Shown: in pieces, positions 9,143-17,129 of the stretch | How the letters are laid out: every line of letters starts with the position of its first letter | How positions within the stretch are numbered: the stretch's first letter is position 1 | Virus record (IMG/VR): IMGVR_UViG_3300011441_000019 | Location: 1-42,394 of that record | DNA from: a virus | Taxonomy: Duplodnaviria; Caudoviricetes | Length of the DNA: 42,394 nt | Strand: one strand, 5' to 3' | The notes under the pieces: generated by a model | What the model saw: only the letters and a program-made list of their open reading frames with translations | Told to the model about the DNA's origin: nothing | Databases searched by the model: none | Position numbers and translations under genes: made by a program

Positions 9143-9358
9143 GTGAAAAGCTGGAAGACCAGTCTCTGCGGCATCCTGGGCGCGCTGTGCGCCGCGCTGG
9201 CGCTCATCCCGGAAATGCCCGCGCTGGGGGCCAAGATTTTTGCGCTGCTCGCGCCGGTGTTCCCGAACATCGGTTTGCTCTTCGCGCGGGATAACAACGT
9301 GACGAGCGAACAGGTGAACGCTGGCAAGCCGCCGGACTCGGGGTTAGGTGAGCGTTGA
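9143..9358 (+). CDS. Holin-like membrane protein
   Basis: GTG start; KSWKTSLCGILG...IGLLFARDNNVTSE with two TM segments. Confidence 0.6.
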   Translation: MKSWKTSLCGILGALCAALALIPEMPALGAKIFALLAPVFPNIGLLFARDNNVTSEQVNAGKPPDSGLGER

Positions 9359-9369
9359 AAGGACGAAAT

Positions 9370-9594
9370 ATGCACTACAAAAACGGAAGACAAGCCAAGG
9401 CCGGCGACAAGGTTGTGAACCTCACGCAAGGCATCAGTGGGATTCTCCACAGTTGCAACGCGCAATCCACGAGCTGCAACGGACGTCTGGCGGCCATCAA
9501 CCAGAATGATCCATACGTGACGATTGGCGAGTGCCTGCACCTCGATGACGTGGCCACGGCTTACATTGTCGACACGAGCGCGAAACAGTCCTGA
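9370..9594 (+). CDS. Hypothetical phage protein
   Basis: MHYKNGRQAKAGDKVV..., SH3-like beta pattern, 74 aa. Confidence 0.65.
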   Translation: MHYKNGRQAKAGDKVVNLTQGISGILHSCNAQSTSCNGRLAAINQNDPYVTIGECLHLDDVATAYIVDTSAKQS

Positions 9595-9628
9595 TGGCAC
9601 TGCTGTTGCCGGGCCTGGCGGAGCCTTG

Positions 9629-11395
9629 ATGACCTATCTCGAACAACGCTGGAAGTCCGGCCGGCAAACGGCGGGCGATGCGCGCACCGCGCGCGGCGTG
9701 CCGACCTCCATGGTCGGCCGCGGCTTGTACGAGACGCCCCAGAATACCGGCGAGAGCGATTTCTATCGCCCGCGTCCGGTCGGCAATTTCAACCTCGAGC
9801 AGATGCTCTCCGGCTGGGACCGGCGCGAGCTGGTCGAGTTCTCCCGGCAACTGTTCTGTCACCTCGGCAATTTCGGATATGCCGTCCTCCAGAAAAACAC
9901 TTACGCGGTGGGCGACGCCTGGCTGCCGCAGTACCTCGGCCAGGACAAGGAGTGGGGCAACGCCGCCGAGACCTGGCTGCATGAGACCTGGCTGCCGAAC
10001 TGCGATTGGCACGGCCAGTTTGATTTCGCCACCCTGCTCTACCTCTCCGGCGTGGCTTGGGACGTGGACGGCGATGACGCGGATCTCCTGGCGCTGGACG
10101 AAAGCGGGTTCCCGAAGATCCGCAAGTTCAGCACGGACCGCATTTGCGGCGGACTCTCCGGCGAGAAGATCAAGAGCGGCCGGTTCGATGGCGCGCTCCT
10201 GGATGACGGGGTGATCCACGATGACCAGGGCCGCGTGCTGGGCTACCGGATCATGACGCGCGGCTCGGCCTACCTGAACAGCAGCGATTATCTGGAGGTG
10301 GACGCGGCGAACCTGCACCTGGGCTTCGAGCCGGAATGGGGCTGCCAGCGGCGCGGCATCCCGCGGCCGGCGCGGGCCATCATGGACGGGCTGGACCTCG
10401 AGGACATCGACAAATTCATCAAGCGCGGCATCAAGCAGGAGACGTCCATCGGGCTGGTGCATAACAGCGAGGCGGGCCAGCCGGAGCCGGGCGCCGAGCT
10501 GGAAGGCATCCCCACGGACGAGGACGCCACCGTGGCCAAGGCCGGCGTGGCGGTGCGCAAACTTTACGGCGGGGAAATGTGGTACCTGCGCGCGGGCCTG
10601 GGCGAGAGCATCTCCGCGGTGAACAGCGGCCGTCCGCACGGGCAAACCCTCGCGCAGCTCGAACGGCTGGAGCGGCGCATGTTCAATTCGCTCGGCTGGT
10701 TTTACGAGCTGCTGGACCCTTCGAAGATCGGCGGGGCCAGTGTGCGGCTCATCCAGGACCAGGCGCGCACGTCCATCGCAAGCAAGCAGCGGGCGCTCAA
10801 GCGCCGCGCCAAGCGCGAGGTGCTCTTTGCGCTTTCGGTGGCGATGGAGCGCGGCTGGGTGCCGCGCAACCGCGCCGGGTTCGATTGGATGCAATGGGAA
10901 TTCAACTACCCCGCGGTGCTCACGGTGGATCAGGGTTACGATGACCAGAGCGACGTGAACAAGATGATGCTCGGCATCATCCCCAAAAACCGGCTCTGCC
11001 AGAAAATGGGTTTGTGGAACGAGGACGTGGACGCCGCGCAGCTCGACGAGAAGAAACGACTTATCACGAACGCGCGCGAGCTGCAGGTGGCGGCCAATGC
11101 GGCGGCGAAGGACCCGGGGGACAAGATCACGCTGCGCGAGTGCATCGACCTGCTCTATCGCGACACGCAGCAGGGTCGCTATCCGTACAGCACGCCGGCG
11201 GCGCCCGAGGCGGCGGCGGGCGGCGAGGCCGCAGGGAAAGGGAGCGGGGGAGAAAAGGAGAAGGAGAGCGCGGGCGCCGGCGCCGGCGCGCCGATTCATT
11301 TGAACGTGGATGCGCGGGGGCCGCAGGCGGCGCTGCGCCGGTTCACCATCGCGCGCGATGCGCAGGGCCGCATGATTGGCGTGCAGGAAACGTGA
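9629..11395 (+). CDS. Portal protein, lambda family
   Basis: DVDGD, DGVIHDDQGRVLGYRI, QRRGIP motifs; size and position. Confidence 0.85.
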   Translation: MTYLEQRWKSGRQTAGDARTARGVPTSMVGRGLYETPQNTGESDFYRPRPVGNFNLEQMLSGWDRRELVEFSRQLFCHLGNFGYAVLQKNTYAVGDAWLPQYLGQDKEWGNAAETWLHETWLPNCDWHGQFDFATLLYLSGVAWDVDGDDADLLALDESGFPKIRKFSTDRICGGLSGEKIKSGRFDGALLDDGVIHDDQGRVLGYRIMTRGSAYLNSSDYLEVDAANLHLGFEPEWGCQRRGIPRPARAIMDGLDLEDIDKFIKRGIKQETSIGLVHNSEAGQPEPGAELEGIPTDEDATVAKAGVAVRKLYGGEMWYLRAGLGESISAVNSGRPHGQTLAQLERLERRMFNSLGWFYELLDPSKIGGASVRLIQDQARTSIASKQRALKRRAKREVLFALSVAMERGWVPRNRAGFDWMQWEFNYPAVLTVDQGYDDQSDVNKMMLGIIPKNRLCQKMGLWNEDVDAAQLDEKKRLITNARELQVAANAAAKDPGDKITLRECIDLLYRDTQQGRYPYSTPAAPEAAAGGEAAGKGSGGEKEKESAGAGAGAPIHLNVDARGPQAALRRFTIARDAQGRMIGVQET

Positions 11396-11420
11396 CCATG
11401 ACCATCGCACAAATCCCGCC

Positions 11421-11471
11421 CGGAGCGCGGACTTTAGTCCGCCGGTCCTGCGGGATAAATCCCGCGCTCCG
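11421..11471. repeat. REP-like palindromic doublet
   Basis: CGGAGCGCGGACTTTAGTCCGC...GCGGGATAAATCCCGCGCTCCG, two inverted hairpin units. Confidence 0.7.
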
Positions 11472-11478
11472 CTAAAAT

Positions 11479-11880
11479 ATGGCTCTACTGGTTCCCAACA
11501 ACGGCGAAGGCGACGCGCTCCAGTACTTCGTGAACCGCGCGGCGCCGGAGAACCTGGTGCTCAAGCTCTACACGAACAACGTGACGCCGGCCGAGGGCGA
11601 CACCGCGGCCAGCTACACCGAGGCGGCCGGGTTCGGTTACGCCGCGATCACCCTCACGGGGGCGAGCTGGGGCGCGCCGAGCGAAGGGGCGCCTTCGAGC
11701 ATCGCCTTCGCGCAGCAGACGTTCACTTTCACGGGCGCGCTGGGCAACGTGTATGGCTATTTTCTGGTGCGCGCCTCGAGCGGGCGCATCGCGCTGGCGG
11801 AACGATTCTCGGACGGCCCGTACAACATCGTGAACAACGGCGACCAGATTAAGATTACCCCCACCATCACCTGCGATTGA
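11479..11880 (+). CDS. Putative virion structural protein
   Basis: LKLYTN...GYAAITL...W...FTFTG..GNVYGYFL beta-rich pattern seen in phage minor structural proteins. Confidence 0.65.
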   Translation: MALLVPNNGEGDALQYFVNRAAPENLVLKLYTNNVTPAEGDTAASYTEAAGFGYAAITLTGASWGAPSEGAPSSIAFAQQTFTFTGALGNVYGYFLVRASSGRIALAERFSDGPYNIVNNGDQIKITPTITCD

Positions 11881-11884
11881 TTTT

Positions 11885-12169
11885 ATGGGCGCCCAGGGCA
11901 CCGCCATTCTCGACTTCGGCAGCACTCCGGCCGAAGAGGCCACCGTGGCCGTGACCGGCCAGGGCGCCATTGCCGGCGATTCCCTGTGCGAGGCCTGGTT
12001 CATGAAGGTGGACACGGCCGACAACACGGACGAGCAACACGAGGAAGCGGCGGCGCTCTGCCCCTTGATCTGCGAGAGCGTGATCCCGGGCACTGGCTTC
12101 ACCATTCGCGCCATGCCCATCGCCGCCCTGGGCACCGGCCAATTTCAATGCTGTTGGTGCTGGAACTGA
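11885..12169 (+). CDS. Hypothetical (structural cluster)
   Basis: 94 aa, 4 bp after previous gene. Confidence 0.65.
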   Translation: MGAQGTAILDFGSTPAEEATVAVTGQGAIAGDSLCEAWFMKVDTADNTDEQHEEAAALCPLICESVIPGTGFTIRAMPIAALGTGQFQCCWCWN

Positions 12170-12193
12170 AGACACGAATTTCACGAAGCGATT

Positions 12194-12895
12194 ATGAGCT
12201 GGCTGCACAAAATTCTCGGCAAAGACGGCGCCAGCCAACTGGCGGTCGATCCCAAACATTTCGCGGCGCGGATGAGCGGGCGGCCGATGGAAGTGGGCAC
12301 GCGTGGCGCGTACAGCCTCGGCGTGGTGTCCGGCGTGATGGCGGCCGGGTTGGGCGCGAACTCGGAGATTTTTCAGATGCGCTGGTCCAGCGCCACGCTG
12401 CTGATGCTGCTGCGGTCCATCCGCATCAGCGCGGCCCCTGGCACCACGGCGTTTACGGCCGGACCCATCGAATTCAACCTTACCCTGGCGCGCAGTTGGA
12501 GCGTGGACGGCGGCGGCGGCACGGCGGTGGTGTTCAGCACGGCCAACACCAACAAGAAGCGCACCGATTTTCCGGTCAGCGCGTTTTCGGACACGGGGGT
12601 GCGCCACAGTGCGACGGCGGCTCTGACCGCCGGGACGAAAACCCTGGATACCAACCGGGCGGCCTCGATTTCCAGTTATGTCTCCAGCGTCGCGACCACG
12701 GCGGCCAGTTCGCCGTTTGTGCCGCCGGGCACGATCCTGTGGACGCGCGACACGGCGGAGGAGTACCCGATTCTCTTCGAGCAGAACGAGGGGCTGGTGG
12801 TCCGGGCCACGGTGCCGGCCACGGGCACCTGGCAATTTTCCATTCATGCGGAGTGGGCGGAACTTGATCCGGCCGCGATTGATGGATGGAGTTAG
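12194..12895 (+). CDS. Hypothetical beta-rich (structural cluster)
   Basis: 233 aa, Thr/Ala/Gly-rich. Confidence 0.7.
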   Translation: MSWLHKILGKDGASQLAVDPKHFAARMSGRPMEVGTRGAYSLGVVSGVMAAGLGANSEIFQMRWSSATLLMLLRSIRISAAPGTTAFTAGPIEFNLTLARSWSVDGGGGTAVVFSTANTNKKRTDFPVSAFSDTGVRHSATAALTAGTKTLDTNRAASISSYVSSVATTAASSPFVPPGTILWTRDTAEEYPILFEQNEGLVVRATVPATGTWQFSIHAEWAELDPAAIDGWS

Positions 12896-12907
12896 AAAGG
12901 CAAACTT

Positions 12908-13171
12908 ATGGCGGTAAAAGCTGTTTTTGCGATTGAACAATTCGAGCCCCAAAGCGACGGCTCCTACTACACACGCCTCATGATCTTCTCCGGCGCCAAC
13001 AACTCCGAGAACGTCCAGAACGATCAGGCCTTCGCTCCCACCGCGCTCGCCAGCACCGTCAATGCCGCACTGCATGGCTTCGTGGAGGAGTACATCCAGA
13101 GCGAGTGGGAAGTGGATTTCAACCCCCTGCTCGACTCCGTAAAAATGCTCAACCCGGTCAGCCTGGTGTGA
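12908..13171 (+). CDS. Hypothetical protein
   Basis: 87 aa acidic; GAAAGG upstream. Confidence 0.65.
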   Translation: MAVKAVFAIEQFEPQSDGSYYTRLMIFSGANNSENVQNDQAFAPTALASTVNAALHGFVEEYIQSEWEVDFNPLLDSVKMLNPVSLV

Positions 13172-13719
13172 GCCTGCTGCTGACCCAACTGGCCGGCGGG
13201 CCGGTCACTTACACTTACACCGGCACAGGCGGGCTGGTCCTGGGCGGCACGGCCGCGGTCAGCAAGAGCAAGGATTTCCTGCCCACCGGAGGGCTGGTCC
13301 TGGGCGGGGCGGCGGCGCTGGCGAAGACCAAAACGATCACCGCCTCGGGCGGGCTGGTGTTCAACAGCGGGGCGGCCACCGAGTACGTTTCCGCGATTCC
13401 GCCGGCGCCGCCGGAGCCGACGACCTCCGGGGCCGAGGAATACGCGCCGCGTCGGATGCACGTCTTCCGGCCGCGGGGCGGGCTCGCTTTCGGAGGAGCG
13501 GGGATCTGCGGGATGCGGAGGACGTTCGTTGCCGCGGTTCAACGGCCAACGTTCAACGTTCAACGTTCAACGTTCAGTGGGACGGCGGCGGTGTGCCGAA
13601 GCTACTGCGCGCCCATCTCCGGGAAGTCCGCGTTCCGCGTTCCGCGTTCCGCGTTCCGAACGGAGTTCTCGCCTGACTGCGGGGAGGAGCTGGCCGTGGT
13701 GCTGGCCTTGTTGCAATGA
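13168..13719 (+). CDS. Hypothetical protein with GGLV(L/F)GG repeats
   Basis: GTGA overlap; four ~19-aa repeats (TGGLVLGGxAA); contains heptamer DNA repeats. Confidence 0.6.
   Translation: MSLLLTQLAGGPVTYTYTGTGGLVLGGTAAVSKSKDFLPTGGLVLGGAAALAKTKTITASGGLVFNSGAATEYVSAIPPAPPEPTTSGAEEYAPRRMHVFRPRGGLAFGGAGICGMRRTFVAAVQRPTFNVQRSTFSGTAAVCRSYCAPISGKSAFRVPRSAFRTEFSPDCGEELAVVLALLQ
13547..13658. repeat. Two heptamer tandem arrays: (CAACGTT)x4 and (TCCGCGT)x4
   Basis: Read directly at 13547-13574 and 13627-13658. Confidence 0.9.
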
Positions 13720-14555
13720 AACCCATGTTCTGGTTTTTGGACGCGATGGCGCAGGCGGACGTCGAGGCGCGGCTGGTCCGCGCGGAGGCGGCGGCGTCCC
13801 GCGAAGAGAGCGGAGGCACGGTGCTGGCCCGGCGCCCCACGCGCGACGCCTACGGCGCGGAGATCGAACAGATGCGCATGGCGGGCAGCGTGGCCATCGT
13901 GCCGGTCAAGGGGCCGTTGTTGAAAGGGGCGCATCCGATTTACAAGCAGTACGGTTTTGCGGATTACGATGACGTGAAGGAGGACATGCGCGCGGCGCGC
14001 GAGCAGGGCGCGCAGGCCGTGGTGCTGAACATTGCCTCCCCGGGCGGCATGGCGGTGGGCGCCGGCCAACTGGGCGCGTTCGTGGCGGAGTTCGCCCGGC
14101 ACACTCCCGTTTACAGTTTCACCGATGAGATGCAGTGCAGCGCGGCGGAGTATTTGTCCGGCGCCTGCACGCTGCGCCTGGCCTCGGCGGATGCCATCGT
14201 GGGCAGCATCGGCACGGTGATGGTCACCGTGTCGTTCCAGGGAATGCTGGACGAGGCGGGCATCAAGGCGGAGGTGTTCGCCAGCGGCCCGTTCAAGGCG
14301 GCCGGCAATCGGCTCAAGGATAACACGCCGGAGCAAAGCCAGTATCTCCAGGAGTTCGTGGATAACCTGGCCGGCGAGTTCAAGGGGCACATGCTCAATT
14401 ATCGCGCGGCCTTCGGACTGAATGAGAGTGCGATGCAAGGGCAGGTCTTTACCGGCCGGCAGGGCGTGAGCAACGGGCTGCTCTCGCGCAACGCGCGCAG
14501 CCTCGATGAAGCCGTGGAGCTGGCGATGCGGTTGGAGTTTCCCCTGGGACGCTGA
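13716..14555 (+). CDS. Capsid maturation protease, S49 (SppA/lambda C) family
   Basis: LNIASPGG, CSAAEYL, VGSIGT, GPFKAAG, GQVFTG motifs. Confidence 0.92.
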   Translation: MKPMFWFLDAMAQADVEARLVRAEAAASREESGGTVLARRPTRDAYGAEIEQMRMAGSVAIVPVKGPLLKGAHPIYKQYGFADYDDVKEDMRAAREQGAQAVVLNIASPGGMAVGAGQLGAFVAEFARHTPVYSFTDEMQCSAAEYLSGACTLRLASADAIVGSIGTVMVTVSFQGMLDEAGIKAEVFASGPFKAAGNRLKDNTPEQSQYLQEFVDNLAGEFKGHMLNYRAAFGLNESAMQGQVFTGRQGVSNGLLSRNARSLDEAVELAMRLEFPLGR

Positions 14556-14583
14556 GCGGAACTTGACTGAGCGCGTCCGACTC

Positions 14584-14802
14584 GTGCGCGCCGAGTTGCC
14601 TGAGATTTCTTCCGAGAGTTCCCTGCCAAGTTCCATTCCCATCGCCGCGCTGCCGCGCCTGACCGAGCCGGGCCTCTTCCTTCGTTTCCCCAGCGGACGG
14701 GAGTTGCCGCTGGAGGTCACCCGCGATGGACGATTGGTGCGCGTTCCGCCCGCTGCGACGCGGGCGGGGACATCGCAGCGCGATTGTCCCTACCAGTCTT
14801 GA
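14584..14802 (+). CDS. Small hypothetical protein
   Basis: GTG 15 nt after TTGACT, in frame with ORF 14506..14802; 3' end overlaps a REP. Confidence 0.4.
   Translation: MRAELPEISSESSLPSSIPIAALPRLTEPGLFLRFPSGRELPLEVTRDGRLVRVPPAATRAGTSQRDCPYQS
14743..14794 (-). repeat. GTAG-type REP element (copy 1)
   Basis: Reverse complement GGTAGGGACAATCGCGCTGCGATGTCCCCGCCCGCGTCGCAGCGGGCGGAAC; diverged copy at 42023-42073. Confidence 0.7.
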
Positions 14803-14820
14803 CTCCCTTCAAGGCCGCGA

Positions 14821-15300
14821 ATGAATTTGCAAGAAGCTGTCGAGGCCATCCCCGGGCGGGTCACTGAATCCATCAAATCTCTGTTCGCCTCGGGCGACGA
14901 ACGGGTGGCCACGGCCACCAAGGCATCGACCGATGCCAACGCCGCCCGCGCCAGCGCGGAAAAGGAGCGGGACGATTTCAAGGCCAGGGCCGCGCAGGCC
15001 GAGGCGGACCTGGCCACGGCGCGGCAGAGCATCGCCACGCAGGGCGCGGAGTTGAAGGCCGCCCAGGAGAAGCTCACCAAACTCGAGGCCAGCCAGAAGA
15101 CCGTCGAGCAGCTCGCCGCCGAGAAGAGCCAGCAGCAGTGCGCGGCCCAGGGCGTGCCGCCCGGCACGCTGGAGAAGGCGAAGTCCGGCGCGGACGCCGG
15201 CAGCTCGAAGGGGCAGCAGATCACCCGCGCGCAGTTCGAGGCGCTTTCGCACAAGGACAAGGCCGCGTTCTGCAAAGGCGGCGGCGAGATCAAGGACTGA
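14821..15300 (+). CDS. Capsid scaffolding protein
   Basis: Long coiled coil and C-terminal ITRAQFEALSHKDKAAFCKGGG helix-loop-helix; between protease and capsid genes. Confidence 0.75.
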   Translation: MNLQEAVEAIPGRVTESIKSLFASGDERVATATKASTDANAARASAEKERDDFKARAAQAEADLATARQSIATQGAELKAAQEKLTKLEASQKTVEQLAAEKSQQQCAAQGVPPGTLEKAKSGADAGSSKGQQITRAQFEALSHKDKAAFCKGGGEIKD

Positions 15301-15303
15301 CGG

Positions 15304-15336
15304 GATTTCCGATTTCCGATTTCCGATTTCCGATTT
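15304..15336. repeat. Heptamer tandem array (GATTTCC)x4
   Basis: Read directly in scaffold-capsid intergenic region. Confidence 0.9.
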
Positions 15337-15368
15337 TTCAAAACCCACCACACCGCGCTGACGTTCCT

Positions 15369-16661
15369 ATGAAGTTCCCCCTGTTCCGCCTCGCCGCCAT
15401 CACCGCGCTGTTCGCGCTGTGCGCGCAAATCTTTATGGCCACCGGCATGTACGCCGCCTGGCTGGTGTTGTTCGTCGGCTCGGCGGTGCTGGCTAACCCG
15501 CGGTTTTCCCCGGGCCTGTGCGCCAACACGCTGACGAGCCTCATCCCCGACATTTACGCCGCGTTGGACGTCGTCTCGCGCGAGCTGGTGGGCCTCATCC
15601 AGGCGTGTGCGCGCGATAGCCGCGCGGACCGCGTGGCCGCCAACCAGACGTTGCGCATCCCGATTTCGCCGGCCAATGCGGCGGGCGGCAATATCACGCC
15701 GGCCATGACGCTGCCGGCCGCAGCCGACCAGACGATCCTCAACAACACGCTGACGATCTCGAAGCAACGGTTTTTTCCGTTCTCCTGGACGGGTGAGGAG
15801 CAGAAGTCCGTGGATTACGGCCCGGGCTTCCTCACGCTCAAGCAGTATCAGATCGCGCAGGCCATCCGCGCGGCGGTGAACGAGGTGGAGGTGGACGTGG
15901 CCACGGCGGCTTACCAGGGCGCCAGCCGCGCCTTCGGCACCGCGGGCACCACTCCGTTCGCCACGAGCATCGTCGACCTGGCGCAGATCAAAAAGATTCT
16001 GGACGACAATGGCACGCCCATGTCGGACCGCTCGCTGGTGATGAACACCACGGCGGGGGTGAATTTCCGCAGCCTGGCCAACCTCTACAAGGTGAACGAG
16101 GCGGCGGATGCCTCGCTGCTGCGCAAGGGCACACTGGGCAGCATTTACGATTTCGGCGTGCGCGAGAGCGCGCAGATCCCGACGGTGACCAAGGGCACGG
16201 GCGCGGGTTACCTGGTGAACAACGGGGCGGGCTACCCGATCGGCGCGACCGCCATCACGGTGGACACCGGCGCCGGCACGATTCTCAAGGGCGACGTGAT
16301 CACGTTCGCCGGCGATACGAACAAGTACGTGGTGGGCGCGGCGCTGTCCGGCGCCGTCGTCACGCTGGCTCTGCCCGGTTTGCGCCAGGCGGTGGCGGAC
16401 AATGCGGCCATCACGGTGGGCAACAATTTCGCGGGCAACGTGGCGTTCAGCCGCAACGCGGTGTTGCTGGCCACCCGGCTGCCGGCGATCCCGGAGGAAG
16501 GCGACCAGGCGAGCGACCGCATGGTGGTGACGGACCCGAATTCCGGGTTGTCCTTTGAGTTCGCGGTCTACCCTGGCTTCCGGATGAATGTTTACCACGT
16601 CTCGCTGGCGTGGGGCGTGAGCGCGATCAAGCCGGAACATATCGCCATTCTGCTGGGCTAA
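15369..16661 (+). CDS. Major capsid protein, P22 coat-like, with 51-aa hydrophobic leader
   Basis: ANTLTSLIPDIYAALDVVSRELVG..., beta insertion domain (GTILKGDVITFAG), C-terminal LAWGVSAIKPEHIAILLG. Confidence 0.9.
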   Translation: MKFPLFRLAAITALFALCAQIFMATGMYAAWLVLFVGSAVLANPRFSPGLCANTLTSLIPDIYAALDVVSRELVGLIQACARDSRADRVAANQTLRIPISPANAAGGNITPAMTLPAAADQTILNNTLTISKQRFFPFSWTGEEQKSVDYGPGFLTLKQYQIAQAIRAAVNEVEVDVATAAYQGASRAFGTAGTTPFATSIVDLAQIKKILDDNGTPMSDRSLVMNTTAGVNFRSLANLYKVNEAADASLLRKGTLGSIYDFGVRESAQIPTVTKGTGAGYLVNNGAGYPIGATAITVDTGAGTILKGDVITFAGDTNKYVVGAALSGAVVTLALPGLRQAVADNAAITVGNNFAGNVAFSRNAVLLATRLPAIPEEGDQASDRMVVTDPNSGLSFEFAVYPGFRMNVYHVSLAWGVSAIKPEHIAILLG

Positions 16662-16694
16662 GCGTAAAGAAAGACTCTCACCTAAAAACCTCTC

Positions 16695-16739
16695 GAAGGG
16701 CCGGCCGGCATAAGTGACTGGCTGGCCCTTTCCTCTTTT
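16695..16739 (+). terminator. Rho-independent terminator after capsid gene
   Basis: GAAGGGCCGGCCGGCA-taag-TGACTGGCTGGCCCTTT followed by a T-rich tract. Confidence 0.65.
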
Positions 16740-17129
16740 GTGCTTCGTGATCAAATCCAGCGGGACTTGCAGCGCATCGAGCGCGAGCTGCGCGGTCCGG
16801 ATGATGCCGCGCAATGGATCGTGTACGGCTCGCTCACGCTGCCGTGCTCGCCGACGTCCCTCGAGGACACCATCGCGCTGGATGCCGAGGGCAACGAGAC
16901 CCAGATCACGCAGGCGGTCCTGGTGCGCATGGAGCTTTTCAACCTGCCCGGGATGCAGCCGGTGGAGGGCGAGGATGCGGATGATTTGTTCGCCAGCGTC
17001 GAGGGGCTGCCCAACGTGGGCGATGAGGTGCGGTTCCGGTGGAGTTCCTATCGCGTGGTGAAGCGGCGGTTCGACGCCATGCTGGCCAGCGTGCGGCTTG
17101 ACCTGGCGGACGTGGGCAGCAACGAATGA
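16740..17129 (+). CDS. Putative head-tail connector/head closure protein
   Basis: 129 aa; LPNVGDEVRF...YRVV beta-barrel pattern; follows capsid gene. Confidence 0.55.
   Translation: MLRDQIQRDLQRIERELRGPDDAAQWIVYGSLTLPCSPTSLEDTIALDAEGNETQITQAVLVRMELFNLPGMQPVEGEDADDLFASVEGLPNVGDEVRFRWSSYRVVKRRFDAMLASVRLDLADVGSNE

Noticed and set aside
9606-9631. YTGACT motif before portal and capsid genes
   Set aside because: Portal has only TTGCCG-N17 and capsid CTGACG-N5; not counted as motif instances.
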